From: Rhodothermales bacterium
GTDB lineage: Bacteria > Bacteroidota > Rhodothermia > Rhodothermales > Bin80
Assembly (NCBI GenBank): GCA_964291275.2
Contig: OZ219799.1
Span: forward strand, 2,585,145-2,649,144
DNA length: 64,000 nucleotides
Reading direction: 5' to 3'
Numbering within the stretch: position 1 is the first letter of the stretch; each line of letters begins with the position of its first letter. This document shows positions 27,399 through 37,210 of the stretch, in pieces. The notes under the pieces were generated by a model. It saw only the letters and a program-made list of their open reading frames with translations. It had not been told where the DNA came from and made no database searches. The position numbers and the translations under genes are program-made.

Positions 27399-28804
27399 GG
27401 GGCTTCCGCTTTTTAAGTGGGTTTGATGTCAGAATTAGGCTGAACAAGTAAGTGCTGGAATAGATTCGGGATTGATTTCGTTGTTATCTTAGCTGCGTTT
27501 TTGTGACGAAAATCAATCACAATCATTTACCAACGATGGAACAACGTATACAAGACATAAATCATCTTTTAGGGATTGAATCTCCTTGGGAGATTTCGGA
27601 GATCAAGCAAGACAAGACGGCTTTTACGGCTGAGATTCATGTAATCTGTTCAAAGGGTTCGGTATTGCACTGTCCAGAGTGTGGGGAAGTTTGTCCTGGA
27701 TACGACCATCGTCTTCGGAAATGGCGCCACACGGATATCTGCGAGTATCGGACGAGCGTGGTTGCGAAAGTTCCCCGTGTGGCCTGTTCGGAGCATGGGA
27801 TCAAGACCGTTTCGGTCCCTTGGGCGGATGCGCGGATGCGTTTTACAATGGCTTTTGAAAGAAAGGTAATTGACTGGTTGCAGGATACAACCAGTATTTC
27901 AACGGTGGCCACCAGGCTGGGCGTCAGTTGGACGATGATCGCCAACATCATGGCGCGTGCGGTAAAGCGCGGACTCGCCCGTAGAGAGCCGCAACCGGTT
28001 CCCCATATATGTGTGGACGAGACCTCGTACAAAAAGGGCCATAAGTATATCACGGTGGTTTCGGATTCCCAAACGGGCACGGTGCTGTTTGTCAAGGAAA
28101 AGCGCACCCATACGAGTCTGGATGCCTATTATGAGGACTGTTCGGCTGCGCAACTGGAAGCGATTGAGAGTGTGAGCATGGATATGTGGCCCGCCTACAT
28201 CAAGTCCACGAAAAAACATGTTCCAGATGCAGAATCCAAGATTTCATTTGATCGTTTTCATGTGATGAAAAAGATTGTAGAGGCGGTGGATAAAGTTCGT
28301 CGGCAGGAGAACCGGGAATTGCGGAAAGCGGGCATTGAGGATCTCACCGGAACCAAGTACGACTGGCTCACCAATCGGGAGAATATGTCTGCCCGACAAA
28401 AGAAACGATTCCAGAAATTAAAGCACAGTTCGCTGAAAACGGCGCGTGCATGGGCCATCAAGGAACTGTCCCAGAAATTGTGGCACTATGTCAGTCGTAC
28501 TTCGGCCCTCAAGGGCTGGAAGCGCTGGTTATCCTGGGCCATGCGTTGTCGACTTGAACCCATGAAAAAAGCTGCTAAGACGGTTAAGAATCATCTATGG
28601 GGAATCATAAATGCGATCGTTCTAAAAGTTAGTAATGGCCCAGCTGAAAGCATAAATAGCCGCATCAAAACCGTCAAAGTTCGTGCGCGTGGATTCCGAA
28701 ACACACAGCGGTTTGCCCATGCAATTTACTTCTATCTCGGAGGACTGGATCTGTACCCCGAAGGCCTCCAAAAACAGGCGCCCCACTCATAAAAGTGAAG
28801 AGCC
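27399..28804 (+). mobile_element. ISL3-family element type B, copy 1 (1406 bp) with 8-bp TSD GTATTAGA
   Basis: IRL is ggggcttccgctttttaagtggg (27399-). The reverse complement of the right end is ggctcttcacttttatgagtggg (ending 28804). The direct repeat gtattaga lies at 27391-27398 and 28805-28812. Confidence 0.9.
27503..28792 (+). CDS. ISL3 family transposase (type B)
   Basis: A zinc-finger region (HCPECGEVCPGYDH), plus ICVDETSYKKGHKYITVVSD, SMDMWPAY, DRFHVMK and NGPAESINSRIK. The GTG at 27503 is the ORF-track start; the first ATG is at 27536. Confidence 0.9.
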   Translation: MTKINHNHLPTMEQRIQDINHLLGIESPWEISEIKQDKTAFTAEIHVICSKGSVLHCPECGEVCPGYDHRLRKWRHTDICEYRTSVVAKVPRVACSEHGIKTVSVPWADARMRFTMAFERKVIDWLQDTTSISTVATRLGVSWTMIANIMARAVKRGLARREPQPVPHICVDETSYKKGHKYITVVSDSQTGTVLFVKEKRTHTSLDAYYEDCSAAQLEAIESVSMDMWPAYIKSTKKHVPDAESKISFDRFHVMKKIVEAVDKVRRQENRELRKAGIEDLTGTKYDWLTNRENMSARQKKRFQKLKHSSLKTARAWAIKELSQKLWHYVSRTSALKGWKRWLSWAMRCRLEPMKKAAKTVKNHLWGIINAIVLKVSNGPAESINSRIKTVKVRARGFRNTQRFAHAIYFYLGGLDLYPEGLQKQAPHS

Positions 28805-28807
28805 GTA

Positions 28808-29242
28808 TTAGATATTACGCTGGGGTGGATTCCAAGGCCACTGTACACAGGATGTAATTTCAGGAAAGAGTACGATATCTGCACATCCTTTCAGAGTGAG
28901 TGTAGTTATCTCGGCACTCGGGGGGAGTAATTTCATTGCAGCATTTAGTGTTTTTCCGGAAACAACCACGTCATCTACGAGCAGGATCTGATTTGTCTCA
29001 TGTGGTACACTGAACGGTTGGTACAGTTGAGGCAATGAATGTCGGGGTTTATTGTTCTTATCCCGGTAGTTCAACCATAGGGTCACCATTGGCACTTGCA
29101 ATTCATATGCAGCCATTGCTGCGGGTACAATTCCTCCAGAGCCAATTCCAACGACTAAATCAGCGGCAGGAAGTCCAGTGTTACGCAATACTTCACTGAT
29201 AGCCTCAAACGAAACAGCGGGGGTATGCGTTACAGTGGACAC
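28808..29242 (-). CDS. Phosphoribosyltransferase-domain protein
   Basis: PRPP-binding motif ILLVDDVVVSGKTL. A small 144-aa PRTase fold protein. Confidence 0.7.
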   Translation of the reverse strand: MSTVTHTPAVSFEAISEVLRNTGLPAADLVVGIGSGGIVPAAMAAYELQVPMVTLWLNYRDKNNKPRHSLPQLYQPFSVPHETNQILLVDDVVVSGKTLNAAMKLLPPSAEITTLTLKGCADIVLFPEITSCVQWPWNPPQRNI

Positions 29243-29344
29243 GACAACAGGATATGATGGGGAGTAAATCTACTCCGAAGTGTCAGCCCTGATCCCGAAT
29301 GATATCATGCTGTTCTACCTGAATAGGCCAGATACTCACAACAC

Positions 29345-30031
29345 ATGGCTAAAATCATAATAACCGGAGCAAGTAGCGGCATTGGCGCTTCGATCGCAGA
29401 AGTGTTTCGTGGCGATGGAGATCATCAGATTGCTTTACTCGGACGCTCTGTGAGTCGCTTGGAAGCAGTTGCAAAGAAAACGAAGGGGGAACCCATAGTA
29501 TGCGACATAACAAAGGAAGCGCATATTCAGGAGGCATCTAGAATAATTCTCTCAGAATTTGGACCGCCGGATGTGCTCGTAAACAACGCTGGTCACTTCG
29601 TTGCAAAGCCGCTCCTAGAAACCACTTCAAGTTTGTTCAGGCAGCAGGTTGAGGTAAATCTAACCGGAGCATTCATGGTCACACGAGCTCTACTTCCTAG
29701 CATGCTTGAGACAGGCTCTGGACATGTGTTCTTTATAGCATCCGTGGCATCTCAGCAGGCTTACGTTGGGGCAGGTGCGTACTGTGCTGCGAAGCACGGA
29801 TTGCTGGGGCTTGCGAGAGTTGTGCGGGCAGAGACGTTAAATACGGGGCTTCGGGTTACGACTGTTCTACCAGGTGCTACACTCACGCCCAGTTGGGATG
29901 GTACCACACTCCCGGAAGAGCGGCTTATGCCACCAGAGGACGTAGCTCACTGTGTGCTCGATGCTTGGAAACTGAGCACCCGCACTGTGATAGAGGAAGT
30001 ACTTCTTAGACCCCGAGAAGGGGATATTTAG
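29345..30031 (+). CDS. SDR family oxidoreductase
   Basis: Motifs seen: TGASSGIGASIA, NNAG, YCAAKHG. Confidence 0.8.
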   Translation: MAKIIITGASSGIGASIAEVFRGDGDHQIALLGRSVSRLEAVAKKTKGEPIVCDITKEAHIQEASRIILSEFGPPDVLVNNAGHFVAKPLLETTSSLFRQQVEVNLTGAFMVTRALLPSMLETGSGHVFFIASVASQQAYVGAGAYCAAKHGLLGLARVVRAETLNTGLRVTTVLPGATLTPSWDGTTLPEERLMPPEDVAHCVLDAWKLSTRTVIEEVLLRPREGDI

Positions 30032-30072
30032 TTAGACTGACTCCATATAGTATCCAAGAAAATAATATCCGC

Positions 30073-30609
30073 ATGAGGTTACCAGATCCATTACGTTTTC
30101 CAATAGGCTCCCCTCAGCTAAAGAAACGCCTGTCTGATTCAGAGCGAAACAAGCTCATTGATCAAATTGAATCTGCACCGGTGCTACTTCGTCAGGCAGT
30201 GGCCGGACTGACCGATAGTCAGTTAGATACACCCTATCGGTCCAATGGCTGGACTGTACGTCAGGTTGTGCATCATATTCCAGACAGTCATCTCAATGCC
30301 TACATCCGCTTTCGGTGGGCACTGACGGAGGATTTTCCGAAGATCAAGGCCTACAATCAAGATGCCTGGGCACATCTCGCTGATGCATGTTACGGTCCTA
30401 TTGAGGAATCACTCGCACTGCTGGATGCACTGCACCCTCGCTGGTGCAGACTTATGCGGGCAATGAGTAAACGCGACTGGCAGAGCAAGGTTATGCACCC
30501 GGAGGACGGTTTACGGACCTGCGAGGACTTTCTGATTATTTACGCATGGCATGGACGCCATCATATAGCACATATTACCGGCCTGCGTGATCGAGAAAAA
30601 TGGTGGTAG
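30073..30609 (+). CDS. YfiT/DinB-family metal-dependent (bacillithiol-transferase-like) protein
   Basis: Motifs seen: GWTVRQVVHHIPDSHLNAYIRF and YAWHGRHHIAHI. Confidence 0.7.
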   Translation: MRLPDPLRFPIGSPQLKKRLSDSERNKLIDQIESAPVLLRQAVAGLTDSQLDTPYRSNGWTVRQVVHHIPDSHLNAYIRFRWALTEDFPKIKAYNQDAWAHLADACYGPIEESLALLDALHPRWCRLMRAMSKRDWQSKVMHPEDGLRTCEDFLIIYAWHGRHHIAHITGLRDREKWW

Positions 30610-30776
30610 ATAGTGGTGCGTATGGAATATCTCTTGAGTCGTTCGTAGCCATGAGGCATTCACCAAACGGAGTGCGGATGCTGGACGGGATTCGGATCTG
30701 TTGAAAAATAGCACCATTGCACGGCTCACAACAAAGATGCGTAAAGTTCGGCTATGGTCCTGCCGAAGACATCCCG

Positions 30777-31943
30777 TCAATTATCCTCAAGCAGTTCAAT
30801 ATTGCTGCCGCGTACAATACCGACCAAGGGAGTATAGTCGGCATCCCCATTTGCATCAAAGGAAAATGAACCATAGATGGTATTCACATTGCGCGTACCA
30901 GCCAGTCTCTCCCGAACTGCTTCGCTGGTGGAATTTCCGACGCCTATAGCATCTTCTATTGCTCTCATGAGAAGCACCATTGCTGCATATGTTCGTGCGT
31001 GCTGGTCATTAGGAGTATCATTGTAACGTTTCTGGTAGGCTTCCACAAATTGTTGACTTGCAAGGTGGGTACTGCCAGAAACCCATACGTGAATAGCAAA
31101 AATCCCTTCTGTTGCCAATGGATTTGTTTCGCGAGCCAATCGGATCTCAGAGGTGCTGAGCAATGGAATTATAAATGGTACATCATGTAAGCCCAACTCA
31201 TATGCCTTCAAGATGAAGTGATAACGATCAGGAGCCTGTCCGAAAAAGAACAGAGCGTCTAATTTCGGGGTTGTATTGAGGAGCGATCTGATCTGGGAAT
31301 CCATATCAGGTACACCTTGATTATCAAATCGGCTAAAAGTTTCTTGCACATCAAGCGTAACCCCACCAATTTTGGCAAGTTCTCCGATAAATTTGTCACG
31401 TGCACTAAGTGAAAACCGATCGGCCTGATTGGTCAGCGTGGCAACATGCTCATACTTTAGAAAATCATGAGTTGCACGGACGCCCTCCGGCATTAAAATA
31501 TCAACAGTGAGTGAGGATCGGAAGAGCCATTCGGATTCGGCGGCCAACCCCGATGCTGCCGAAGCAGGGGCAATCGTGACCACGCGAGATTCATCAATGA
31601 TGGGAATGGCGTGCCCCGTGTTCGCAGATGTATATGGGCCTACAATGAATCTTACCCCACTCGCAATCAGATTTTGGAAGGCATCTTCGGTTCCAGCGGA
31701 TGTACTTTTGGTATCCTCAACCAAGAGTCGAAAGGGTGGGATACCTTCTGAAAGAGACTCATTCGCAAGTGCGATCGTCATTTCTGACGCTAAACGCATG
31801 TTCTGACCGGCTCGAGCCAAGGAGCCTGTCAGTGGTGCTGCGAGACCAATGACGGTTTCTCGTGGTTGGTCATTGCTATTTGAATCACATGAACTCAATG
31901 ACATGAAAAGCACGACAGAGAGGACGGGCAATAAGAATCTCAT
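30777..31943 (-). CDS. ABC-type substrate-binding lipoprotein (Leu/Ile/Val-binding, Peripla_BP_6-like)
   Basis: The likely start is MRFLLPVLSVVLFMSLSSC (lipobox) at 31943. IGLAAPLTGSLARAGQNMRLASEMTIALAN matches the family N-terminal motif. Confidence 0.7.
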   Translation of the reverse strand: MRFLLPVLSVVLFMSLSSCDSNSNDQPRETVIGLAAPLTGSLARAGQNMRLASEMTIALANESLSEGIPPFRLLVEDTKSTSAGTEDAFQNLIASGVRFIVGPYTSANTGHAIPIIDESRVVTIAPASAASGLAAESEWLFRSSLTVDILMPEGVRATHDFLKYEHVATLTNQADRFSLSARDKFIGELAKIGGVTLDVQETFSRFDNQGVPDMDSQIRSLLNTTPKLDALFFFGQAPDRYHFILKAYELGLHDVPFIIPLLSTSEIRLARETNPLATEGIFAIHVWVSGSTHLASQQFVEAYQKRYNDTPNDQHARTYAAMVLLMRAIEDAIGVGNSTSEAVRERLAGTRNVNTIYGSFSFDANGDADYTPLVGIVRGSNIELLEDN

Positions 31944-32041
31944 TGAACTAAGTCGAATCAAGTAAAACTGAGCGATGTGTGTCTTTAATTTGCACACTGA
32001 AGATGATGAAAAGCACAGGAGAGCGAACTGGCAATCTATCA

Positions 32042-33217
32042 TTACTGCTTGTTCACAATGGGCCAGGCTGAAAAATTGTTGTCCTTTACTACGGCGACCA
32101 CGGGATTGTACATTGCATCCCCTTCATTGTTGAAAGAGAAGGATCCAAAAATGGTCGGGAAATCCTCTATGCTGGAGAGAGATTCTTTTATTGAATCAAA
32201 ATCGTAGGCAGGGGCTCGACGTAGTGCTTCAATAAGAACTGATGTAGATGCATATCCTCTTGCGGCTCCGTCATCCGGGATCATGCCGAAACTTTGTGTA
32301 TAGTTCTCTACAAAGGCCCGACTGAGGGAATTGGGCGAACTGTCCAGCCATATACTGAAGGTCACAGCCCCTTCTGCAGCACCAGGTTCTAGTTCGTTAA
32401 TTGCTTGAACCGCAGCGATAGAGAGAAAGTTGACAACGAACGGTGCAGAAATGCCCCTGCGATATGCAGCAGGCAGAATCGTTACGTGATCTTCCGGCAA
32501 TCCAGACATCAAGATTGCATCCACCGGAGGCGTAGCTGAAAGGATATTGTCCAGCTGACCGGTGATATCGCCTTCGTTGAGAGGAGTTCCTAATGGACGG
32601 GAATACGACGCCTGGATCGCAACAGTTACGTCACCGTATGTCTGTAATTCGTCTAGGATCAACTCATTACCGGTTACTGAAAAAGCATCGTCAGAATTGG
32701 TAAGGGTGGCGACATTCTTGAAGTCAAGATTTGCCTTGGCAGTACGAATTCCAGCCGGAATGACACGATCGTCCGTGAGAGAGAAACGAAAGAGATTCTC
32801 ACTTTGAGCTGAAAGACCTGCCTTGGCTGAAGCCGGCCCAAGTGAAATTACATCACTCTCATTGATTACAGGAAGAACAGCTTCTGTGGCGGTGGAGGTT
32901 ACAGGACCAATAATCACCGACAGATCTTTCATGCCGACAAGTGTTTGATAGGCATCTTTCGCACCGCTAATTGTACTTCTTGTATCTACGAGGACAAGGG
33001 CAACATCTTTGTCGGGCAGAGTCTCAAGTTCTCGGATCGCTAAATGGATTCCACTGGTAATCGATTGGCCGGCAAGACCTAGCGTGCCTGTTTGAGAAAG
33101 GGCGACACCAATCAGTAGATCATTGTCTTCGGGTGGAGCCTCCGTTGCATCACACGCAGAAAGGCCAATAGCTAGAATCAGAAAGACCACAGAAAAAAGG
33201 AGGTAAAACTTGCTCAT
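32042..33217 (-). CDS. ABC-type substrate-binding lipoprotein (Peripla_BP_6-like), paralog
   Basis: A lipobox (LSAC), IGVALSQTGTLGLAGQSITSGIHLAIRELE, and the same architecture as the downstream gene. Confidence 0.7.
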   Translation of the reverse strand: MSKFYLLFSVVFLILAIGLSACDATEAPPEDNDLLIGVALSQTGTLGLAGQSITSGIHLAIRELETLPDKDVALVLVDTRSTISGAKDAYQTLVGMKDLSVIIGPVTSTATEAVLPVINESDVISLGPASAKAGLSAQSENLFRFSLTDDRVIPAGIRTAKANLDFKNVATLTNSDDAFSVTGNELILDELQTYGDVTVAIQASYSRPLGTPLNEGDITGQLDNILSATPPVDAILMSGLPEDHVTILPAAYRRGISAPFVVNFLSIAAVQAINELEPGAAEGAVTFSIWLDSSPNSLSRAFVENYTQSFGMIPDDGAARGYASTSVLIEALRRAPAYDFDSIKESLSSIEDFPTIFGSFSFNNEGDAMYNPVVAVVKDNNFSAWPIVNKQ

Positions 33218-33664
33218 GATCCGATTGATTTATAAAACAGCTTGATTCTTCCCCAAATATAGTGGAAGCAATATTGGGTTCAGTAATAATTTCAACGAGA
33301 TCAGCTGAATTCGTTGCAGTTTTCCAGTCTGACTTGGGATTGTTTTTCACGAGATTATTCATATCTAAATTCTGGATCAGCATAATGTAAGTAGAGGTAA
33401 AAAGGATCAATTCAGTGTACAGTATCTAGGCTCTCTGGATGGTGTGTCGATCACGAAGAACCATCGAAACCCTGCTTATCGCGTCTCCGGTGGCCGGGTT
33501 AATACTTTAAGTGTATACTCAGCATCAGAGAATTTCCAGATTCCCCCTGTATAATGTTGTAGTTAGTGTCTGGGAGGACTTGAACTATACCCAGAGGCAT
33601 TGCAGAATCAACGCACTTTCTCAGCTATTATTCGGGCAAATTTTGTCAGAGAGTAATATTAGAG

Positions 33665-34816
33665 TCAATAATTCAGGTTACGTGTTAATAGAATTATTAT
33701 TAGTGGAATGAGAAAGAAAATGCATGCAACATATCCAAATGCCCAAGCACGGTTCTTCACAACGAGTACGCCTAACAATTCAGACATACGCACAGGAATT
33801 CTTCGTATCGTTTTAAAGGGGAGGAAGGTGATTACTCCACAACAATTGAATATGAGATGAGCAAGTGCCACCTGTAAGGCAGCGGCTCCCAACACACTGT
33901 CCCCACTTGCTAAAACGAGGGAAGCCAGAAGTGCGGTGACCGTTGTGCCTATGTTTGCACCCAATACAAACGGGAAAATTTGCGATACGGTTACAATGCC
34001 TGCACCGACCAGAGGCACCGTGATTGATGTCGTTATTGACGAGCTTTGCACCATGATGGTCACGAGAGTGCCGAACGCTAGTGCAATCGGTACAGGGCCA
34101 AACAGATACTTATTGATGAGTCGCTCTGAACGGCCGAGAAACAGGCTACGCAGGAGTACCACTAGGTAGCGCAGGGAAAAGAACAGGAGTAAAACACCCA
34201 GTATCAGGACGAGCACACCTGAGTCCAGCATCAGTGCAACCAAGCTATTCACTACCGGTCCAGTCACCGTACCGACAAAATCTAACAACTCAGTTCCACC
34301 TATACCTGTAATCCCAGCTGCAAGCGCAGCAGACGATTTAGACAGGAATCCGAATATTAACTCCAAGGGGAAAAAGATTGCGACTGCCAACAGATTAAAA
34401 AAATCATGTACTGTGGCAGCTCCCATAGCTCTGCCGAATTCGTCCTTCCTCCCGATATGGCCCAATGAAACAATGGTATTCGTTACGCTGGTACCTACAT
34501 TAGCTCCAAGGACTATTGGAATAGCACCCGCAACAGCAAGTCCTCCTCCGGCTACGGCAGATACGGCCAGTGAAGTTACTGTGGAGGAACTTTGTACCAG
34601 AGACGTTGCAAGAATACCGATGAAGAGGGCGATGAAGGGATTCCTTGTGGTCTGAATAAGCTGTTCAGCAACTCCTTTGCCTAGTAGCTTCATGGATGTG
34701 CCCATGAGCTCCAAACTGACGAAAAAGCAAAACAACACGCCCAGTAGCCCAAGCAGTGGGAGGAATGGCGAGAGGCGTTGTACTCCTGACAGCTTGTCTT
34801 GACCTGATTCTGACAT
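33665..34816 (-). CDS. Na+/phosphate cotransporter family protein
   Basis: Duplicated GANVGTSVTNTIV / GANIGTTVTALLAS motifs. The likely start is MSESGQDK at 34816. The longer ORF-track start (35044) reads through the adjacent IS end. Confidence 0.8.
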   Translation of the reverse strand: MSESGQDKLSGVQRLSPFLPLLGLLGVLFCFFVSLELMGTSMKLLGKGVAEQLIQTTRNPFIALFIGILATSLVQSSSTVTSLAVSAVAGGGLAVAGAIPIVLGANVGTSVTNTIVSLGHIGRKDEFGRAMGAATVHDFFNLLAVAIFFPLELIFGFLSKSSAALAAGITGIGGTELLDFVGTVTGPVVNSLVALMLDSGVLVLILGVLLLFFSLRYLVVLLRSLFLGRSERLINKYLFGPVPIALAFGTLVTIMVQSSSITTSITVPLVGAGIVTVSQIFPFVLGANIGTTVTALLASLVLASGDSVLGAAALQVALAHLIFNCCGVITFLPFKTIRRIPVRMSELLGVLVVKNRAWAFGYVACIFFLIPLIIILLTRNLNY

Positions 34817-34844
34817 TACTACAAGATAATAAGGGTCGGTTCTG

Positions 34845-35838
34845 TCACGAATATTGTGGATAGAGTTCAAGCCCTCCACAGAAGAAGAGAATTGCAAGCC
34901 TGAAGTTTTCAAATCTTCTGTATCCTCTGCCGATGGTTTTGACTTCTTGGATTTTGCCGATGATTCGTTCTGCTTTGGCGTTGGACTGTTCATGACAAAG
35001 TGCATTGCAGACGCCGTCAAAATGTCGTTCAAACATCTCTGCAATTTTGATAACTACCTTTACAGCTTCCCCTTGAACACCGGTATGCCAGAGTTTACAA
35101 TACGTCTTCGCTTCGGCGAAGGAACTACATTCAAAGATCCCCTTGAATTCTTCAAGTAACCGCCAAGAGAAACTGACCTGGAGATTGGATTCCTGGAAGA
35201 TATTGAAGATCTCATCTTGCTTTTTGGTACCGTTCTTTTCATTCTTCAAAAGCACACAACGCGTCCCTTTCAATTCGGAATGCGTCTTCACTTCTCGCGT
35301 GCCTACGAGGTTGTTCGCTTTATTGAGATACTGGATTAAGTGAAAGCGATCATGAATCAGGGGCGCTTTGGAAAATGCATGCTTTACGGCCCCGGTATAG
35401 GCCTTCAACATATCAATCGTAACCGTTTCTACATCCTCCTTAATTATTGCAAAAATGCTGTCGAACAGCGCTATAGCGCGCTTTTTGGTCCGTCTCTCGC
35501 CCACATCAATGACCACACCCCGCGTAGTATCACTGACGATGGTCGCATACACATGGTTCAGCTTCTTGGACTTCACATCTATGCTTACGTGCCGAATTCC
35601 TCTCAGGGATCGTCGCCACAGTCCACGCGCAACACTGCGATGCATCATTCGACTGAGCTGGTTAAATCCACACCGAAGCAGCTTCGCCGTTTTCGTCTGG
35701 TTCTTGTTTGCCTCCAGTAAATCAATCGCCCAGCGCTCATAGGCATAGGTGACCCGACTGGATGCATCCGCCCAAGGAACCGTAATCGTCTTGATTCCCG
35801 CAGATGACTGGACCCTAGGAATCCGGCAATTAATAAAA
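34845..35838 (-). pseudogene. ISL3-type A transposase, C-terminal part (interrupted by ISL3-B)
   Basis: An uninterrupted frame runs from the insertion site to the TGA at 34845 (NCRIPRVQSSAGIKTITVPWADAS...HEQSNAKAERIIGKIQEVKTIGRGYRRFENF...). The first ~40 aa of the ORF-track entry 34845..35960 are read-through into ISL3-B. Confidence 0.8.
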
Positions 35839-35850
35839 GGCTCTTCACTT

Positions 35851-37140
35851 TTATGAGTGGGGCGCCTGTTTTTGGAGGCCTTCGGGGTACAGATCCAGTC
35901 CTCCGAGATAGAAGTAAATTGCATGGGCAAACCGCTGTGTGTTTCGGAATCCACGCGCACGAACTTTGACGGTTTTGATGCGGCTATTTATGCTTTCAGC
36001 TGGGCCATTACTAACTTTTAGAACGATCGCATTTATGATTCCCCATAGATGATTCTTAACCGTCTCAGCAGCTTTTTTCATGGGTTCAAGTCGACAACGC
36101 ATGGCCCAGGATAACCAGCGCTTCCAGCCCTTGAGGGCCCAAGTACGACTGACATAGTGCCACAATTTCTGGGACAGTTCCTTGATGGCCCATGCACGCG
36201 CCGTTTTCAGCGAACTGTGCTTTAATTGCTGGAATCGTTTCTTTTGTCGGGCAGACATATTCTCCCGATTGGTGAGCCAGTCGTACTTGGTTCCGGTGAG
36301 ATCCTCAATGCCCGCTTTCCGCAATTCCCGGTTCTCCTGCCGACGAACTTTATCCACCGCCTCTACAATCTTTTTCATCACATGAAAACGATCAAATGAA
36401 ATCTTGGATTCTGCATCTGGAACATGTTTTTTCGTGGACTTGATGTAGGCGGGCCACATATCCATGCTCACACTCTCAATCGCTTCCAGTTGCGCAGCCG
36501 AACAGTCCTCATAATAGGCATCCAGACTCGTATGGGTGCGCTTTTCCTTGACAAACAGCACCGTGCCCGTTTGGGAATCCGAAACCACCGTGATATACTT
36601 ATGGCCCTTTTTGTACGAGGTCTCGTCCACACATATATGGGGAACCGGTTGCGGCTCTCTACGGGCGAGTCCGCGCTTTACCGCACGCGCCATGATGTTG
36701 GCGATCATCGTCCAACTGACGCCCAGCCTGGTGGCCACCGTTGAAATACTGGTTGTATCCTGCAACCAGTCAATTACCTTTCTTTCAAAAGCCATTGTAA
36801 AACGCATCCGCGCATCCGCCCAAGGGACCGAAACGGTCTTGATCCCATGCTCCGAACAGGCCACACGGGGAACTTTCGCAACCACGCTCGTCCGATACTC
36901 GCAGATATCCGTGTGGCGCCATTTCCGAAGACGATGGTCGTATCCAGGACAAACTTCCCCACACTCTGGACAGTGCAATACCGAACCCTTTGAACAGATT
37001 ACATGAATCTCAGCCGTAAAAGCCGTCTTGTCTTGCTTGATCTCCGAAATCTCCCAAGGAGATTCAATCCCTAAAAGATGATTTATGTCTTGTATACGTT
37101 GTTCCATCGTTGGTAAATGATTGTGATTGATTTTCGTCAC
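35851..37140 (-). CDS. ISL3 family transposase (type B), copy 2
   Basis: It differs from the 27503..28792 product at 3 of 429 residues visible in the ORF track (QKLKH/QQLKH, RTSALKG/RTWALKG, AAKTVKN/AAETVKN). Confidence 0.9.
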   Translation of the reverse strand: MTKINHNHLPTMEQRIQDINHLLGIESPWEISEIKQDKTAFTAEIHVICSKGSVLHCPECGEVCPGYDHRLRKWRHTDICEYRTSVVAKVPRVACSEHGIKTVSVPWADARMRFTMAFERKVIDWLQDTTSISTVATRLGVSWTMIANIMARAVKRGLARREPQPVPHICVDETSYKKGHKYITVVSDSQTGTVLFVKEKRTHTSLDAYYEDCSAAQLEAIESVSMDMWPAYIKSTKKHVPDAESKISFDRFHVMKKIVEAVDKVRRQENRELRKAGIEDLTGTKYDWLTNRENMSARQKKRFQQLKHSSLKTARAWAIKELSQKLWHYVSRTWALKGWKRWLSWAMRCRLEPMKKAAETVKNHLWGIINAIVLKVSNGPAESINSRIKTVKVRARGFRNTQRFAHAIYFYLGGLDLYPEGLQKQAPHS

Positions 37141-37210
37141 AAAAACGCAGCTAAGATAACAACGAAATCAATCCCGAATCTATTCCAGCACTTACTTGTT
37201 CAGCCTAATT

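Noticed and set aside
33665-35960. ORF-track N-terminal extensions: 33665..35044 (Na/Pi transporter) and 34845..35960 (ISL3-A transposase)
   Set aside because: The extra N-terminal residues are translated from IS terminal sequence or from the antisense strand of the ISL3-B end. The real genes start at 34816, or are split at the 35838/35839 insertion junction.
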